Positions 1 through 12,700 of a DNA stretch of 64,000 nt are shown piece by piece. The position numbers were made by a program, and so were the translations under genes. Each line of letters opens with the position of its first letter. Positions within the stretch are counted from its first letter, which is position 1. This stretch comes from Azolla caroliniana (Eukaryota; Plantae; Polypodiophyta), in the NCBI GenBank assembly GCA_043228905.1, contig JBHGNT010000002.1, positions 15,810,001 to 15,874,000 of the forward strand, given 5' to 3'. Below the pieces are notes generated by a model that was not told the origin of the DNA, ran no database searches, and saw nothing but the letters and a program-made list of their open reading frames with translations.

Positions 1-689
1 GAATGAATGAGGTGCGAAGAATAGCTTACAAGCTGTAAGAGGAGGAGGTATAGTAAGCAAATATGTATGTCGATGGAGGCAGGAATAGTGGTAGAGAAGC
101 GCTCTTTATTTTGATCTGTTGCTTGATTTGTTATTATTTACTATGGTCGATCGATCTATCGATCATCATCCCATGCCTCCGTCCTGTCCTTATTTTTTGG
201 GGGGTTGTATTTAGCCCACAAATCCAAAGAAAAAAAGGGCGCGGGGCCTCTCTCTCTCCGTCGTGGTTTGGTGTTTTGAAGGCCCTTCAAATTTGGCAAA
301 ATCAAAGAGAGTTTGGTTTGGTTTAGTTCGGTGGGTGCCGCTGCGATCCGCTCTCTCTCTCTCTTCTCTCTCTCTGAGGACCCACCTTGACCTCTTGTGA
401 CTGATGACTGGCTGGTCCCAAAATACTAAATAAATAATAAACAATAAAACAAATATTTGAAGTCTTACTATTCTTATCATTTGAGCTTTTTATTATTATT
501 AATTTATTACTTATAAACAAAAGAGAAGAGTAAGTGTAGTTTCTGAAAAAGAAAGTGCGAGTCCCGACCCCTTGTGTGTGTGTCCATAAAAGCTCAAGCT
601 GCTTTTATTATTTTCGAACTTCCATCAAAAACCATTGCCTCAAGAAGAAAAACCGAAACCAAATCTCATTTCCCATATTGACAATAAAA

Positions 690-750
690 GAAAGAGAGAG
701 AGAGAGAGAGACAGAGACAGAGAGTGTGTGTGTGTGTATGTGTGTGCGCA
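690..750. repeat. Compound (AG)n/(TG)n microsatellite
   Basis: gagagagagagagagagacagagacagagagtgtgtgtgtgtgtatgtgtgtg read directly. Confidence 0.85.
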
Positions 751-3330
751 CGTAAGAGTTAGAGCGCTCCTAGCTGACCTAAGCTAGCTTTTATCGCTCA
801 TTATTCCATATCGATTTTCTGTATCACTGTTATTCTCCGTGCGCGCGCAAAGGCACATGTACACGCACATTGTAGATTTATTGTTCAGAGCATTCATCGT
901 AACGGGTCCATCTGATGGTACTTAGATGTCTCCAGGCATAAGGAATGTGATGCTCCTCTTTATTATCATGCTATCTTCTTTCATGTTGTGTGTATGGTAT
1001 GCCTAGTGTAGAGGTTTGGAATAATAATACACACCCTCTTACGAAGCATGGGCGAGAAGGTGACATAATGTAATGCTTGCAAGAACTCGAGACCATACAT
1101 GCAAAGGTTTAAAAAGGAACATTAATTGTGCTCTCTAGTTAACCTTTTCAAATATATTTTGTATATGGTAGCATCGACCTTTGGCTTTCACTTTCCTTAA
1201 AAACAATCACCTTTTAAATGACTACAATAACTCTTATGCATCCATTTGTTACACGCATCATTCACGGGAACATTACCCTTTGTGAAGATTAGACGTCAAT
1301 GGCAACCCCCTAACAGAACAAACCCCCATGCTTATGCTCAACATTTTTTCACCTCTTTGCATATGCTCATGCACAAATTATGACTTCATTTATGTATAAG
1401 TTATGTATTTGGAACCCCCCAAACCTTAATTGTAGAGCCACATATGTATTAATGTTTATCAATTTTACCCCTAAACCTTAATTAATTCCTGTAAAACATG
1501 CAATAACTATTTTCAAAAAGTGATTCGACGACATTTTTGTTTAGTTGTTCAAGTTATAGACCAAGGTAAAGGAGATTAAATTAGAGAACAAATAAAATAC
1601 TTGGAAATAATAGTTCAATATGTTTTTGTTTTTTTTTCCCAAAAAAGTTCAATATGTTTTAGTAGACAATACAATTGGACCCAATTAATTTGATATTAAA
1701 CCATTAGTTACCCCATCATGCATGGAAGAGAGCATTCCATGGTTGCATTCTCCTCTCTACCCCATCACTCAGGTATCCCAACCTTCTTCTTCCATACACA
1801 CACATACAAGACTATATCCCTATTTCCAATGTGCATGGCATTGTTATAGTTGGTACTTTCATGATAATAAGGGGTTCACAATGATTGTTAGAGGGGAAAC
1901 CTAAATAATAAAATCAACTATGGGTACCCATTGTAGTTATTCAAAGTCCATACATCACATATTGGTAATCTAACCTATGGTGCGATGCACTAATGACTTC
2001 CTAAACAAACAACTTCAAATTGTACAAAAAAAACAACTACTAATACTACTCAAGGTATGTAGGGACGAGGTCATTGACAATTTTTGAAGTCACCCTTGGG
2101 GCTTGATGGGCCCCAAACATTTTATTGGGTGAAAATGTAATGCTTTTTGTTGATGGTAAGGTTGTTGCAATAGTCTTCACATATGGTGCATTAGTAAATC
2201 ATAAAGGTCAAGACAAAGAGGTGTTGAGAAACGTTGTGTTGTGTATGCCTATCTACATGCACATACAAACAACATAAATCTCGTTTATTTCATTTCATGT
2301 GATATTTTATTCAATGGTTATTGGCCACTTAGCCGACTTATTGGTGTTGGTGCTACTTTCATTGCTTCAATTAAAGGGTTTTACTTCCAAAGCGCTTTTT
2401 TCTCTTGAATCAATGTATGATGCTGCCTATTTCACATTTAAAATGGTCATTGTCAATGTTATGGGCCTATGGCCATGTCTAAAAGCCAGTATCTTCAACT
2501 TCATCATGTTTGAAAGCATGGATGGGGCTCACTCAACTTGCTAGCCCACCCACACAAAAGGAGCATAAAAAAGGTAATGGTCCTAGACTTATGCCCCTTT
2601 GAATGAAGTCATAGACCTGGGTTTTCAAACGTTCACTTAGAATGTCTTCTCATCCGGGAGTTGAGATGGCTTCGACTATGTAAAGAAGGCGTCCTAGAGC
2701 TTGGGGGATGCTACGCGGACATTAGGAATTTCATGAATGTGTGTACATATAATCAATCAGCTTGAGGACATTGAGCCTGTTTCGTTTGTGGATCAGTTTC
2801 GTCAAAAAGATGGAGTGCAAATATAAAAGTGAGGAGAAAGAGCAGGGTCCAAGAATAGAAACGCATCAATCAATCAATCAATTTCTAACTGAATGGCTAA
2901 TGTCATGCATTGAGGTCCTGATCCCGGTGTTACCTTGTGTGATGCATTGGGGATTATATGATGCTAGCTAGCATACACATTTAATTGAGTTCCAAAACAC
3001 CTCACTCAAACGTTACCTTCAAAACATGACATTTAATGCTTATATATTACCTTACCTTCGATCTAAGTTTAAACCACCCAAATATTGCCCCTTAAAAAAA
3101 ACATGTAATTCCTATCAGTTAAAGATACATGGATTGATTGATTCCAATAGCACCTATAATTCTTATACCTTATCCCACATGACTTACCAAACAAACTAAT
3201 TGAGAACCAAAATTTCTTGAAAATATGTAAAATTGTCAAAGTTTCACAAAGGGGACATCAAAATATGTTACAAATTTAAGGAGCATGAAGAGGGCGGATG
3301 GATCACCGTGGACAAACATTTTAGGATGCT

Positions 3331-3927
3331 TCATTTCTGGGTGGACCGCATTTTGTCGAGTTGATTGAGTGCGGGTCGGAGGATGTTATAGAGGACCCAA
3401 CCGATGGCAGGGAAGAGGACAAACAAAAGGAGGGTCCCCCGCGAGTCGTTGTCAGGGGCGGCGGCCGCAAATGCTGGTGGTGCTGCCAGAATAGCCGCCC
3501 CAATACCGATCCCGATCGCCATTGCCTTAGCACTCCTCATCTTGTCCAGTTGGTTCAATCCTGGCCGTAGGATGTTGAAAAGTACCCAGCCGATCGCAGG
3601 CACTAAAGTGAGGAGAAGGGCGAAGCCACGTTTATCGTCGCCTTCTTGAGCTGCAGCTGCCACCATGTTAAGCACTTCTTGTGCAGCTGCAGCTGATCCC
3701 GACGTCGCCATGGTGGCGAACATCGCCCCGGCTAATGCTTTGCCGCCGGTCTCCACTTGCTCTTTGCATAGGGTTAGATCGAGACTGGGTAGGGAAGAAG
3801 ATCGGATCGACAGAGCAACATTGTTTGCGCTTTGGGATCGCGACACCTGGCTTCCCGAAGGAGAGGAATGGAAGGCTCGGATGGAGAGAGATGTAGAAAG
3901 GCTAGATGCAGCTGTGAGCAAAGCCAT
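3331..3927 (-). CDS. psbY: Photosystem II core complex protein PsbY precursor (nuclear-encoded polyprotein, two PsbY units)
   Basis: Ser/Ala-rich transit peptide followed by two copies of DxRG..LL..L.PAIGWVL(F/Y)NILRP.LNQLDKMRS, each preceded by an Ala-rich thylakoid signal ending AxA. ATG at 3927 in GCCATGGC context; the ORF track start at 3933 is a GTG. Confidence 0.95.
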   Translation of the reverse strand: MALLTAASSLSTSLSIRAFHSSPSGSQVSRSQSANNVALSIRSSSLPSLDLTLCKEQVETGGKALAGAMFATMATSGSAAAAQEVLNMVAAAAQEGDDKRGFALLLTLVPAIGWVLFNILRPGLNQLDKMRSAKAMAIGIGIGAAILAAPPAFAAAAPDNDSRGTLLLFVLFPAIGWVLYNILRPALNQLDKMRSTQK

Positions 3928-4019
3928 GGCCACGGCAAATCCAAAAGCTTATGTCTCGTCTTCGTCTTCGTCTTCTTCTTCTTCTCTGTTTCTTCTTCTG
4001 CTTCTCAGTTTCTTTCAGA

Positions 4020-4150
4020 TTTTATATATCGCCTCGCATCGGACGGTTCAACACATCGCGTTTAATTTATCGGACGGTGTGTGTGTCTCGTCTATCCCTA
4101 TTGGGTGAATCTCAATCTCCCACCATTCAACTTTCGATGAGAGGATAAGG
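4020..4150 (-). promoter_or_regulatory. Putative psbY core promoter (TATA, CCAAT, GATA/I-box-like motifs)
   Basis: TATATAAA on minus at ~4021-4028, ~95 bp upstream of the ATG; CCAAT at ~4100-4104 on minus; GATAAG at 4144-4149. Confidence 0.45.
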
Positions 4151-4644
4151 AGGTTCTCTCGCCCAATCAATGAGATTGAGATGCCCTTCCTTTCCTTCAT
4201 TATCTCATGTCCTCACTTTCACATACATTCATTCTTTTATGTCATTTTTTACTCAAACATGCTTATGTACACATAATATCCCCACATCACATCGCCTTAT
4301 TATCGTTCTTGTTCTTGTTGTTCTCTTCTTGTTTTTCGATCCACTTATGTGGTCTCGGAACTTTCTAGACTCTAAGAATCATACATCATTAGGTCTTTAT
4401 GGCACTGTGGATGTTTGTTGTACATATCCTGCATTGACTTACAAGCATAAGGTTCAAGAGTGACTTATTTGATATGAACACCAATATAGCTAATGTTTGG
4501 TGTATTATACAACCTTGACCATGTCTTGGTGAGAGGACTATACCATCAAAGGCTCATGCCATCTTTGTAAAGAGCTAGACAATTAGTATCAATGCATATC
4601 ATTATGTAGTATGTCAAAGATAATCAAGAGATGCGTGTGTAAAA

Positions 4645-5025
4645 GGGGAGAGGTAGATATCTTTCGAACATCTAGTGGAAACCAATTGAGATCTATGAGA
4701 TGATGACGAGGATCAAACTTGGGTTCCATCAATTTATGACTTTGATGCTCTAGTTTAATCCACCAAACCAATAGTTCGATAAATAGATAGATATGTTTTT
4801 AACATCTGCGAGAAACCGATTGCAATCTATGAGACAGGACCTAGTCCATGACAAGGAGCGAACTTGGAGAGGGAGAGAAAGGTAGATAGATAGATATCTT
4901 TTTAAGATCCATAAGAGACTGATTCCGATCTATGACACGGGGTCTAGCCCATGCGGAGGGTCAAACCTAGCTTCTCTCAATTTTATGGCTTTCATGCCAT
5001 GGTGTAAAACACCAAGCCACAACTA
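4645..5025. repeat. Three degenerate ~100-130 bp direct repeats
   Basis: Motif AGATA(G)ATAT..TTT..ACATC...GAAAC(C/T)(A/G)ATT...ATCTATGA recurs at ~4653, ~4785 and ~4888. Confidence 0.5.
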
Positions 5026-5199
5026 GAAAGAGAGCGGGGAGAGGCAGAGAGAGATTTTCTTATCATCTTTGAAGGTCAAATATGATCAATGAGACAAAAA
5101 ATATAACATTTTCAAGTCGTACATGTGAAAGTCAATAGCGATACTCGATCTTCAAGTACTTTACTAATTAATGTTCCAACCAAGAGTGCACATAGTGTT

Positions 5200-6588
5200 T
5201 GTTAGAGAAATTTGTGCAAGGATTGGGTCTGGTCAAAGATGACTAAAAGCATAGCCGGATGTGATCAAATTCAGAGCATTGTATTAAAGTGTGATAATCA
5301 AACTTCCAAACTTGTTTAGCCAAAGTCTGCATAGTCAATTAATCTCATCACTTGTGTCCCAACGCCCTATTTTACATTGTAATGAGTGTGAGCCAAGTCA
5401 CATAGAAGCAATGGTTCGGATGGCTGACAAGGGGATTGGCTCTACCATGCATCGATGTGTGTTGTTTCCCCCATTTGATGAAGAATATGGTTCCAAAAGG
5501 GACACATGAAACACTAGACGAAGATGCATATAACCTCGTTGATCTAGCGAGAGATCACATATGGTCATGTATGCCAAAGGTCTCAAGGTTGAGAGGAATA
5601 TCGAGATGTGGCACAAGAGAATCAACCACATCAACCTCCAACGGGTCTGAGCTATGCAATCGAAGGGAGTCGTCATTGGACTTCCAAACTTTGAGTTGAA
5701 ACAAGTCGACCGAGTGTGTGAAGCATGCCACTGAGCAAACAACATCGACTCCTACTCGCAAAAGAGAGACATGTAAGCAACGGACCTTCATTGACGATTA
5801 CTCTCAATACACTTGGATTTTCCCAATGAAGAAAAAGAGTGTTCAGCACTCTCCCACTTCCAAAAGGTCAAGAACCAAGTCAAAAAGGAAATGGGCGGAC
5901 ATATTCGTTGCCTATGATCAGATGGAGAGGAGTATTTCTCCAACAAATTCATCTCCTATCTCCAAAGTGAGGGCATATGTAGAGAAATTTCATGCCTACA
6001 CACACCCCAACAAAATGGTGTAGCCGAAAGAAAGAATCGGCACATACTCGAGGTAGCACGCACCATGATAAACGAAAAGCACATGCCAAAATACTATTGG
6101 GCCGAAGTGGCATGCACAATCGTCTACATTCTGAATGGATGCACAACTATTGGAGCACACAAACTAACTCCACACGAGGTGTATGCTAGAAAGAAGTTGA
6201 GTCTGTCGCATCTACAAGTGTTTGAAAATATTGTGTATGTTCACATTCTGAATGAAAAACGACAGAAGCTCCACCCGAAGTCGGAAAAATGCATTCTCGT
6301 GTGATATTCATCCGAACAAAATGGATACAAGTGCTTCAACCCTTCTACTCATTTAGTTTGGGTAAGTCGGGATGTTATCTTCAACGAATCGGCATCCTAA
6401 TATGAACTCGATTTGGCTTCGTCAAGCCCGACTAAGGAAGAGTCAGATATCAACTCAAATTATGACATTCAGCTGAGACCTATACCTACTAGTCCAAGAT
6501 CAACCATGATAAGTGGACCATCGCTGCAGTCGAGCAACCAAAGCTCAACGCAACCATCAGCCAGGTTGGACAAAGGTAAAGTTAAGAT
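5200..6588 (+). pseudogene. Degenerate Ty1/copia pol fragment (GAG-pre-integrase and integrase)
   Basis: Fragmented frames: FIDDYSQYTWIFPMK, HTPQQNG, MPKYYWAEVA, FENIVYVHI..KSEKCILV; many stops and frameshifts. Confidence 0.85.
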
Positions 6589-6961
6589 TGTTGGGCAGAC
6601 AAGCTCAACCAGATCCAGATCGGTATCTAGACCCATGTGCGAACTGGTAGGCCGTTGGAGATCTATGCTCCTAGACTACCAAGTAGTTAGTGTAAGTAGC
6701 TTAGTACAAGCATTGAAGTACTTGTCAGTACTTTGGTCAGTCCTTTTAAGAACTTTTATGAAAGTGCTCACTGAGCACATTGTATGTACAGAGTGATAAA
6801 TTTGAATCAGAGTTTTATGTTGTTCTGCTCTCTGTGTCTCTCCCATGCACTCTCTCTCTCTATGTGTATTGTGCAAAGCTTACAATAAACCTACAACATT
6901 TCTCAAATGGTAACTGGTGAAGTCGGTTGTGTCTGTAATGCTTCCGCACTAAATCTTTACA
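6589..6961 (+). mobile_element. Copia-type LTR followed by truncated PBS
   Basis: TGTTGGGCAGAC...AATCTTTACA then TGGTAT; architecture resembles the LTR at 18161-18551. Confidence 0.65.
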
Positions 6962-7109
6962 TGGTATGTGCTGATTCAAGAAGTCACTTTACGACTTGAA
7001 GCAAGCCTCCCAAGCTTGGAATTAAAATATCACGCACCGGTTGCGTAAGATGGGGTTTGCGGCCTCAAAGTCCAAATCGTCATTGTTCATCCCAAATCTT
7101 GCTATACGT

Positions 7110-7329
7110 TGTCGTGAAAATCTGTCACTATGTGCGGATCGTGAGACGGAACCGCCGAGGTTATGGACGGGAAGGAAATAGCGCTCATACGCACAACACA
7201 AGGAAGGCTTGCACAAACAAGGCACGAGTATTCGAACGTGTTTGTGAAAAGGAGAGGTGCATGGGCAACCCCGAATCAACCCCTAGTCACAAGGCGGAAC
7301 CACCGGGGTTATGGACGGGAAGGAAATAG
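7110..7329 (-). mobile_element. Fragment of gypsy-family LTR 3' end
   Basis: TGTCGTGAAAATCTGTCACTATGTGCGGATCGTGAG... is the reverse complement of the LTR end at 55575-55634; also shares units with 27630-28030. Confidence 0.7.
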
Positions 7330-9730
7330 TGTTGGGGAACAAGGTCGTCAGTGCGGAAGAACAAACAACATTTGTGATGGTGAAGAACCTCCAATGTATG
7401 CGAATGAGCAATGTACAAAGAGAGAGAGAGAGATAGGCACAAAAGAAACGTTATATTTCTCAATATCAATAGTTACAAAATGACAACCAACAACCTTTAC
7501 TAAAGGTTACAAAGTCACTATATATAGTGACTATCCTAGGGCAACTGCCCTTTATGCTATTTACAGAAATAACCCAAACTTGGGCTGTCCATAAAGGACA
7601 GTGTGAATACGGCCATTATACACTCGTATTCGACACTCCCCTATAATGGGCGTATACATGGGTTATACTAAAGTTACAAGTATGTACAAGGTTGTCGGAC
7701 AGATCGGTTTTGTTTGAGTCGGCAGGATTCGAGGACTGAAGCCCGAACCGGGCCGATCGGAATAGCTGAAGCCGATCCTCAAAGAACTGATGTCTATTAT
7801 CCGAAACCATCCTGTGCTGTGTGTCCGACTTTAACCGGATCGATTTTTCGTTACGCCCATCTGGTGTCGAAGGGACCGGAAACGATCCGCCGAAAGACAC
7901 TTGGTCATTCCATCTGCGACATTATCGGTTGTGGATATTTTCTCGAGACCGATTTTCCCTGAAATGACGTAGTCTCGGATGAAGTGATATCGAACGTCGA
8001 TATGCTTGGAGGCATTGTGCTGAACTGGATTCTTGGACAAAGCAACAACACCCTGACTGTTCATGTAGACAACTGGAGCCGAGTCGAGCTCAACTTGTCG
8101 AAACATGTGCGCTAGCCGATCGAGCCATAAAGCTTCTTTTGCCGCGTCAGACGCAACTACATATTCCGCTTCGGTCGTTGAGGTGGTTGTGCACTCTTGA
8201 GGTTTCGTCTTGAGGTTTCGACTTCCACGAGATTGCTCCATTGCTGAATTTGCAACAATATCCGGTTGTTGATTTCCGACTGTCCACGCAGCCGGCGAAG
8301 TCCGAGTCGGTGTAACTGACTACGCTTGAGGTTGAGTTCGGGCCAAAAAGAATGTCGTGGTCTTTTGTGCCAGCTAGATGTCTAAACACATGCTTGACTG
8401 CGTTCCAGTGCAATCGGCCTGGGTTGTGCATGAACCTGCTGACGATTCCTACGACGTGAGAAATATCAGGCCGTGTCGCGACCATCACGTACATAAGGGA
8501 GCCGACTGTAGGTGCATACGGTACCGACTTCATATCTTCCCCCTCCGGACCGGATGTCGGGCACTCTCGCTGAGACAGCCGAAGGTTATTGGGGAGAGGG
8601 GTCGAAGCATACTTGGCCGAGTGCATGTTGAAGCGTTCCAAGACACATCCGATATAGTCGGTTTGAGACAAGAAAAGTTGTCGTTTATCGCGATGCCGAC
8701 TAATCTTCATACCAAGTATGTGTCTTGCCGAAACGAGGTCCTTCATGGCAAACTTCAACCGCAGTTTCCGAACGAGTTCGGTGAGATCTCCGGCATGTTG
8801 GCCAGAGAGAAGCATGTCGTCCACGTAAATGATGAGGAAGACGGCAGACCCGTCTTGAGCTGTTTTGGTGAAGAGACAATGGTCCTCATCGCTCTTGGAG
8901 AAGCCGACCGACTGGATGAAGTCATCAAACTTTTTGTACCACTGTTGGGGTGCCTGTTTCAGGCCGTATAAACTCTTCCTGAGTCGGCAGACTAGATGTT
9001 CTTGGCCGGATGCCACAAAGCCTTTCAGTTGCTCCATATAGATTTCCTCCTGTAGGTCACCGTGGAGGAATGCCGTTTTTACATCTAGCTGAATCAGCTC
9101 CAAGTTGTAGGCGGCCATGACGCCGAGCATGAAACGAAGGGTTGTCATTTTCACCACTGGTGAAAAGATTTCATCGAAGTCGATGCCATATTCTTGTCAA
9201 AATCCCTTCGCAACTAATCGGGCCTTGTACTTTGGGTTGGTCGAGTCGAACGTCTCGTTTAGTCGATAGACCCACTTACACAGAAGAGCACGTCGATTCT
9301 CCGGTAATTCGACCAAATCCCAAGTCTTGTTTGCGCGAATGGAGTGCATTTCTGACTCCATCGCCAGATCCCAGGTGGCTGAGTCGGCAGATGCCGATCC
9401 TTCTTCGTAAGACGTCGTTAAAGAAAATTCCGGGAGAGTACCTTCCCGGAGGTTGCGACAGTCTCTCAGATCTTCGAGGTATGACTGGACTAGTCGCACC
9501 GGGTATAGATGTCGGATGGTCGGAAGCCGAGTCGCTTGGATGTGTTGAATCGGTGGATTCAGTGTGGGAGGTGTCGGTTACCCGTGAAACCGATCTTGTG
9601 TTGTGGGCTGGGCCTTCATGAAGGGTTGGCACTTCGGAGAATATTACCCTTCGGACTTCAATAGGCCTTTCGGCCGTTTTATGCATAACCGACTCGTTGA
9701 ACACGACATTCGAACTTCAAACGAATTGTC

Positions 9731-12700
9731 TGTCGAATACAAGTGTATAATGGACGTATTCACACTATCCCTTTGTATAGCTCAAGTTTGGGCCATTTGT
9801 GTAATTAGCATAAATGGTAGTTGCCCTAAGTCGGTCACTATATAAAGTGACCTAGTAACCTTTTTGTAAGGTTGGTTGTATTATTGTTTCTATTGAATAG
9901 AAAGAGTCTTGTGTGCCTCCTCTCTCTCTCTCTCTCTATCTCTGTGCACGATCTTGGAAACTGTCATACGCAGGTACTCAACCCCAATCGAATGCTACTT
10001 GATCTTCCGCATTGACGGCCTTGTCTTCTACATATGGTATCAGAGCCTGGTCCCTCAACCCGCTGTCGGCCGTCATCACAGCCTGCACAGTATTCGGCCT
10101 TTCGCTTCATCCTAGTCTGCAAAGCATTCGGTTTCTCGCGTCATTCGAAGAAACAGAGAAGAAAGTAGGCAAACACAAGCTTGAATCTCGCTGCGTTAGA
10201 TCATCACTCGGAGTAAGCCAGTCGGCTGTACTCTACTTCCTTGATCGTAACTGCTTGAGGTGGGCTTCCTGCACATCGACGACTTTAAGGACAACCCCAG
10301 TTCGCGTTTCATTCGATTGGACAATAATCGGAAGGACCAGTCGGTTCCATTGCTCTCACCGTTGCAGTCAACCGAAACCGAATCGGCTTGAAGTACTGTC
10401 GGATCGCTAAATCTAGGTTCAACTCGACTAAGACAGTTGTCGGTAGTCAATCCGAACCAAATCCCCAATTCTCCGTAATCAACATCACTTGTGTCCAACT
10501 TCGGCTAGAACGACACTGAGTGGGCCAAACCGCTGCACTTCACCAAAGTTCGTAGCCGACTTAGGGCAGAGTCATGACATCAACATCCGGCTCGTCAGAA
10601 ATGAGTCTACGAAAGTTCGATGGATCGAACTTCAACTTCTGGAAGGAGCAAATGCAGGACTATCTCATAGTCAAGGGGCAAATCGATCCCATCGAAAGTG
10701 AAGCACCTCCAGAAGAATACAAACCAATTGAGTGGCAGAAGCTGGACAGAATCGTCCGCGCCACGATTCGGATGCACCTATCGGAATCGGTATACTTTAC
10801 GGTGCAATCGTGTACGACAGCATTCGAACTGTGGAAAACACTGTCGGACACCTACGAAAAGAAGGTCGCTGCAACGAAGATGTTCCTGATCCGGCGCCTC
10901 TACAACTTGAGGATGAAAGAATCAGATTCGGTTCAAGCACATCTCAATGAGTACGAAAGCATAAGCTCCCAAATCTCATCTCAGGGGACGGCAATCGAGG
11001 ATGAACTCAGAGCAATGATACTCATGAGCAGCCTTCCCTCATCATGGGAAACTTTCGTCACAACCGTGTGCAACGCGTCAACCACGGCTGTTAAATACTC
11101 CGAAGTCACGAGCGCAATTCTGACCGAAGCAGCTCGGAGAAAGTCTTTCGCCAAAGACTCAACAGACGACGCTTATGTAGTACAAGGTTCGACAGACCGA
11201 TCGAACATACGAGGAAGAGATTCCTCACGACAGCCGAACAATCAGCGAAGACGGAGCCAGTCACGGGATAATCGAATCTGCAACTATTGCAAGAAACCCG
11301 GACACATCAAAGCCGACTGCCGCGCACTCAAGAACAAGAACGACAAGTCTCAGAAATCAGACAAGAAGAGTGGCCGGCATGAGGAGATCAATTACGTCAG
11401 CTTCTCAGCTGATGTGCTACCAAACGACCCGAATATACTATCAATCGAAAATCCAGTCGGATCAGAAGTTCTGCTCACGACTGAAGAATCGAGCACATGG
11501 CTCTTAGATTCGGGCGCGTCATTTCACGTGACTCCTCATCGATCCCAATTTCGGCAATATACGATCCGTCACTCCGACTCAGTTCGAGTCGGCAACTCGC
11601 AACACTGTGACATCATTGGAATCGGCACAGTAGAGCTCAACCTTGCAGGTGGCTCTACACTTGTACTTCACAATGTCCGACATGTACCCGAGCTCTCAAG
11701 GCCATTGATCTCAGTCGGACAACTAGATGAAGACGGCATTCGTGCCGGTTTTTCTTCGGGAGGGTGGACACTCCACAGGGGGAACCTCCTGCTTGCTAGA
11801 GGACCGAAGATACACTCACTGTATCCGTTACATGTTACGCTCAGAGAGGGTAACCTGTTTTTGGTGGATATTCCTGTGTCATCACTATGGCACAGAAGAT
11901 TAGGACACCTCAGCAAGGCCGGCATTACGCACCTATCTAGAGCCGGATACATCCCTAAACTCTCCTTCTCGGACCATCAATTCTGCGAACATTGCCAGTA
12001 TGGCAAACAAGCAGCCGCATCACACCCGACATCAGCACCAAGAGAAACGAGACCTCTCGATTTAGTCCACTCGGACGTCTGTGGCCCAATGCCGCATTAG
12101 TCTCTCGGTGGTGCCTCTTACTTCGTCAGTTTTATTGACGATTCGACTCGAAAGGTGTGGGCTTATCCAATTCGCACCAAAGATCGTGTCTTCTCGATCT
12201 TTTCCGATTGGCTCGCTATGGTAGAAAATCAAACTGACCGAAAACTGAAATGCTTTCGGACCGACAATGGGGGAGAGTTCAAATAAGAAGAATTCGTCAA
12301 ATTCTGCCGACAACGCGGCATCCAACGTGAATTTACGGCACCACACAGTCCGGAGCAAAACGGGATTGCAGAACGCATTAATTGGACAATCCAAGAACGG
12401 ATAGTTTCCATGCTCCAACACTCCGGACTGTCGGATGGCTTCTGGGCAGAGGCTCTACTCACGGCAGTACACATAATCAATATGTCGCCAAGCAGACCTC
12501 TAGGACTTCAAATTCCTCAGGAACTATGGATCGGCAGTAAGCCGAATTACGACAAGCTGAGGATCTTCGGATGCGAGGCGTACGCCCTTATTCCGAAAGA
12601 TGATCGCCGAAAACTTGCACCTCGGTCCAGGAAATGCATTTTCCTTGGATATGGATCAAACGGCGAAATGGGATACCGACTCTGGGACCCCGAACGCAGA

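Noticed and set aside
1-900. Possible 5' end or promoter of a minus-strand host gene (GA repeats, GTAAG donor near 25)
   Set aside because: No coding evidence inside the window; cannot be supported.
3361-4148. Plus-strand ORFs overlapping psbY
   Set aside because: Antisense shadows of the GC-rich psbY CDS and its CTT-repeat leader; no recognisable domains.
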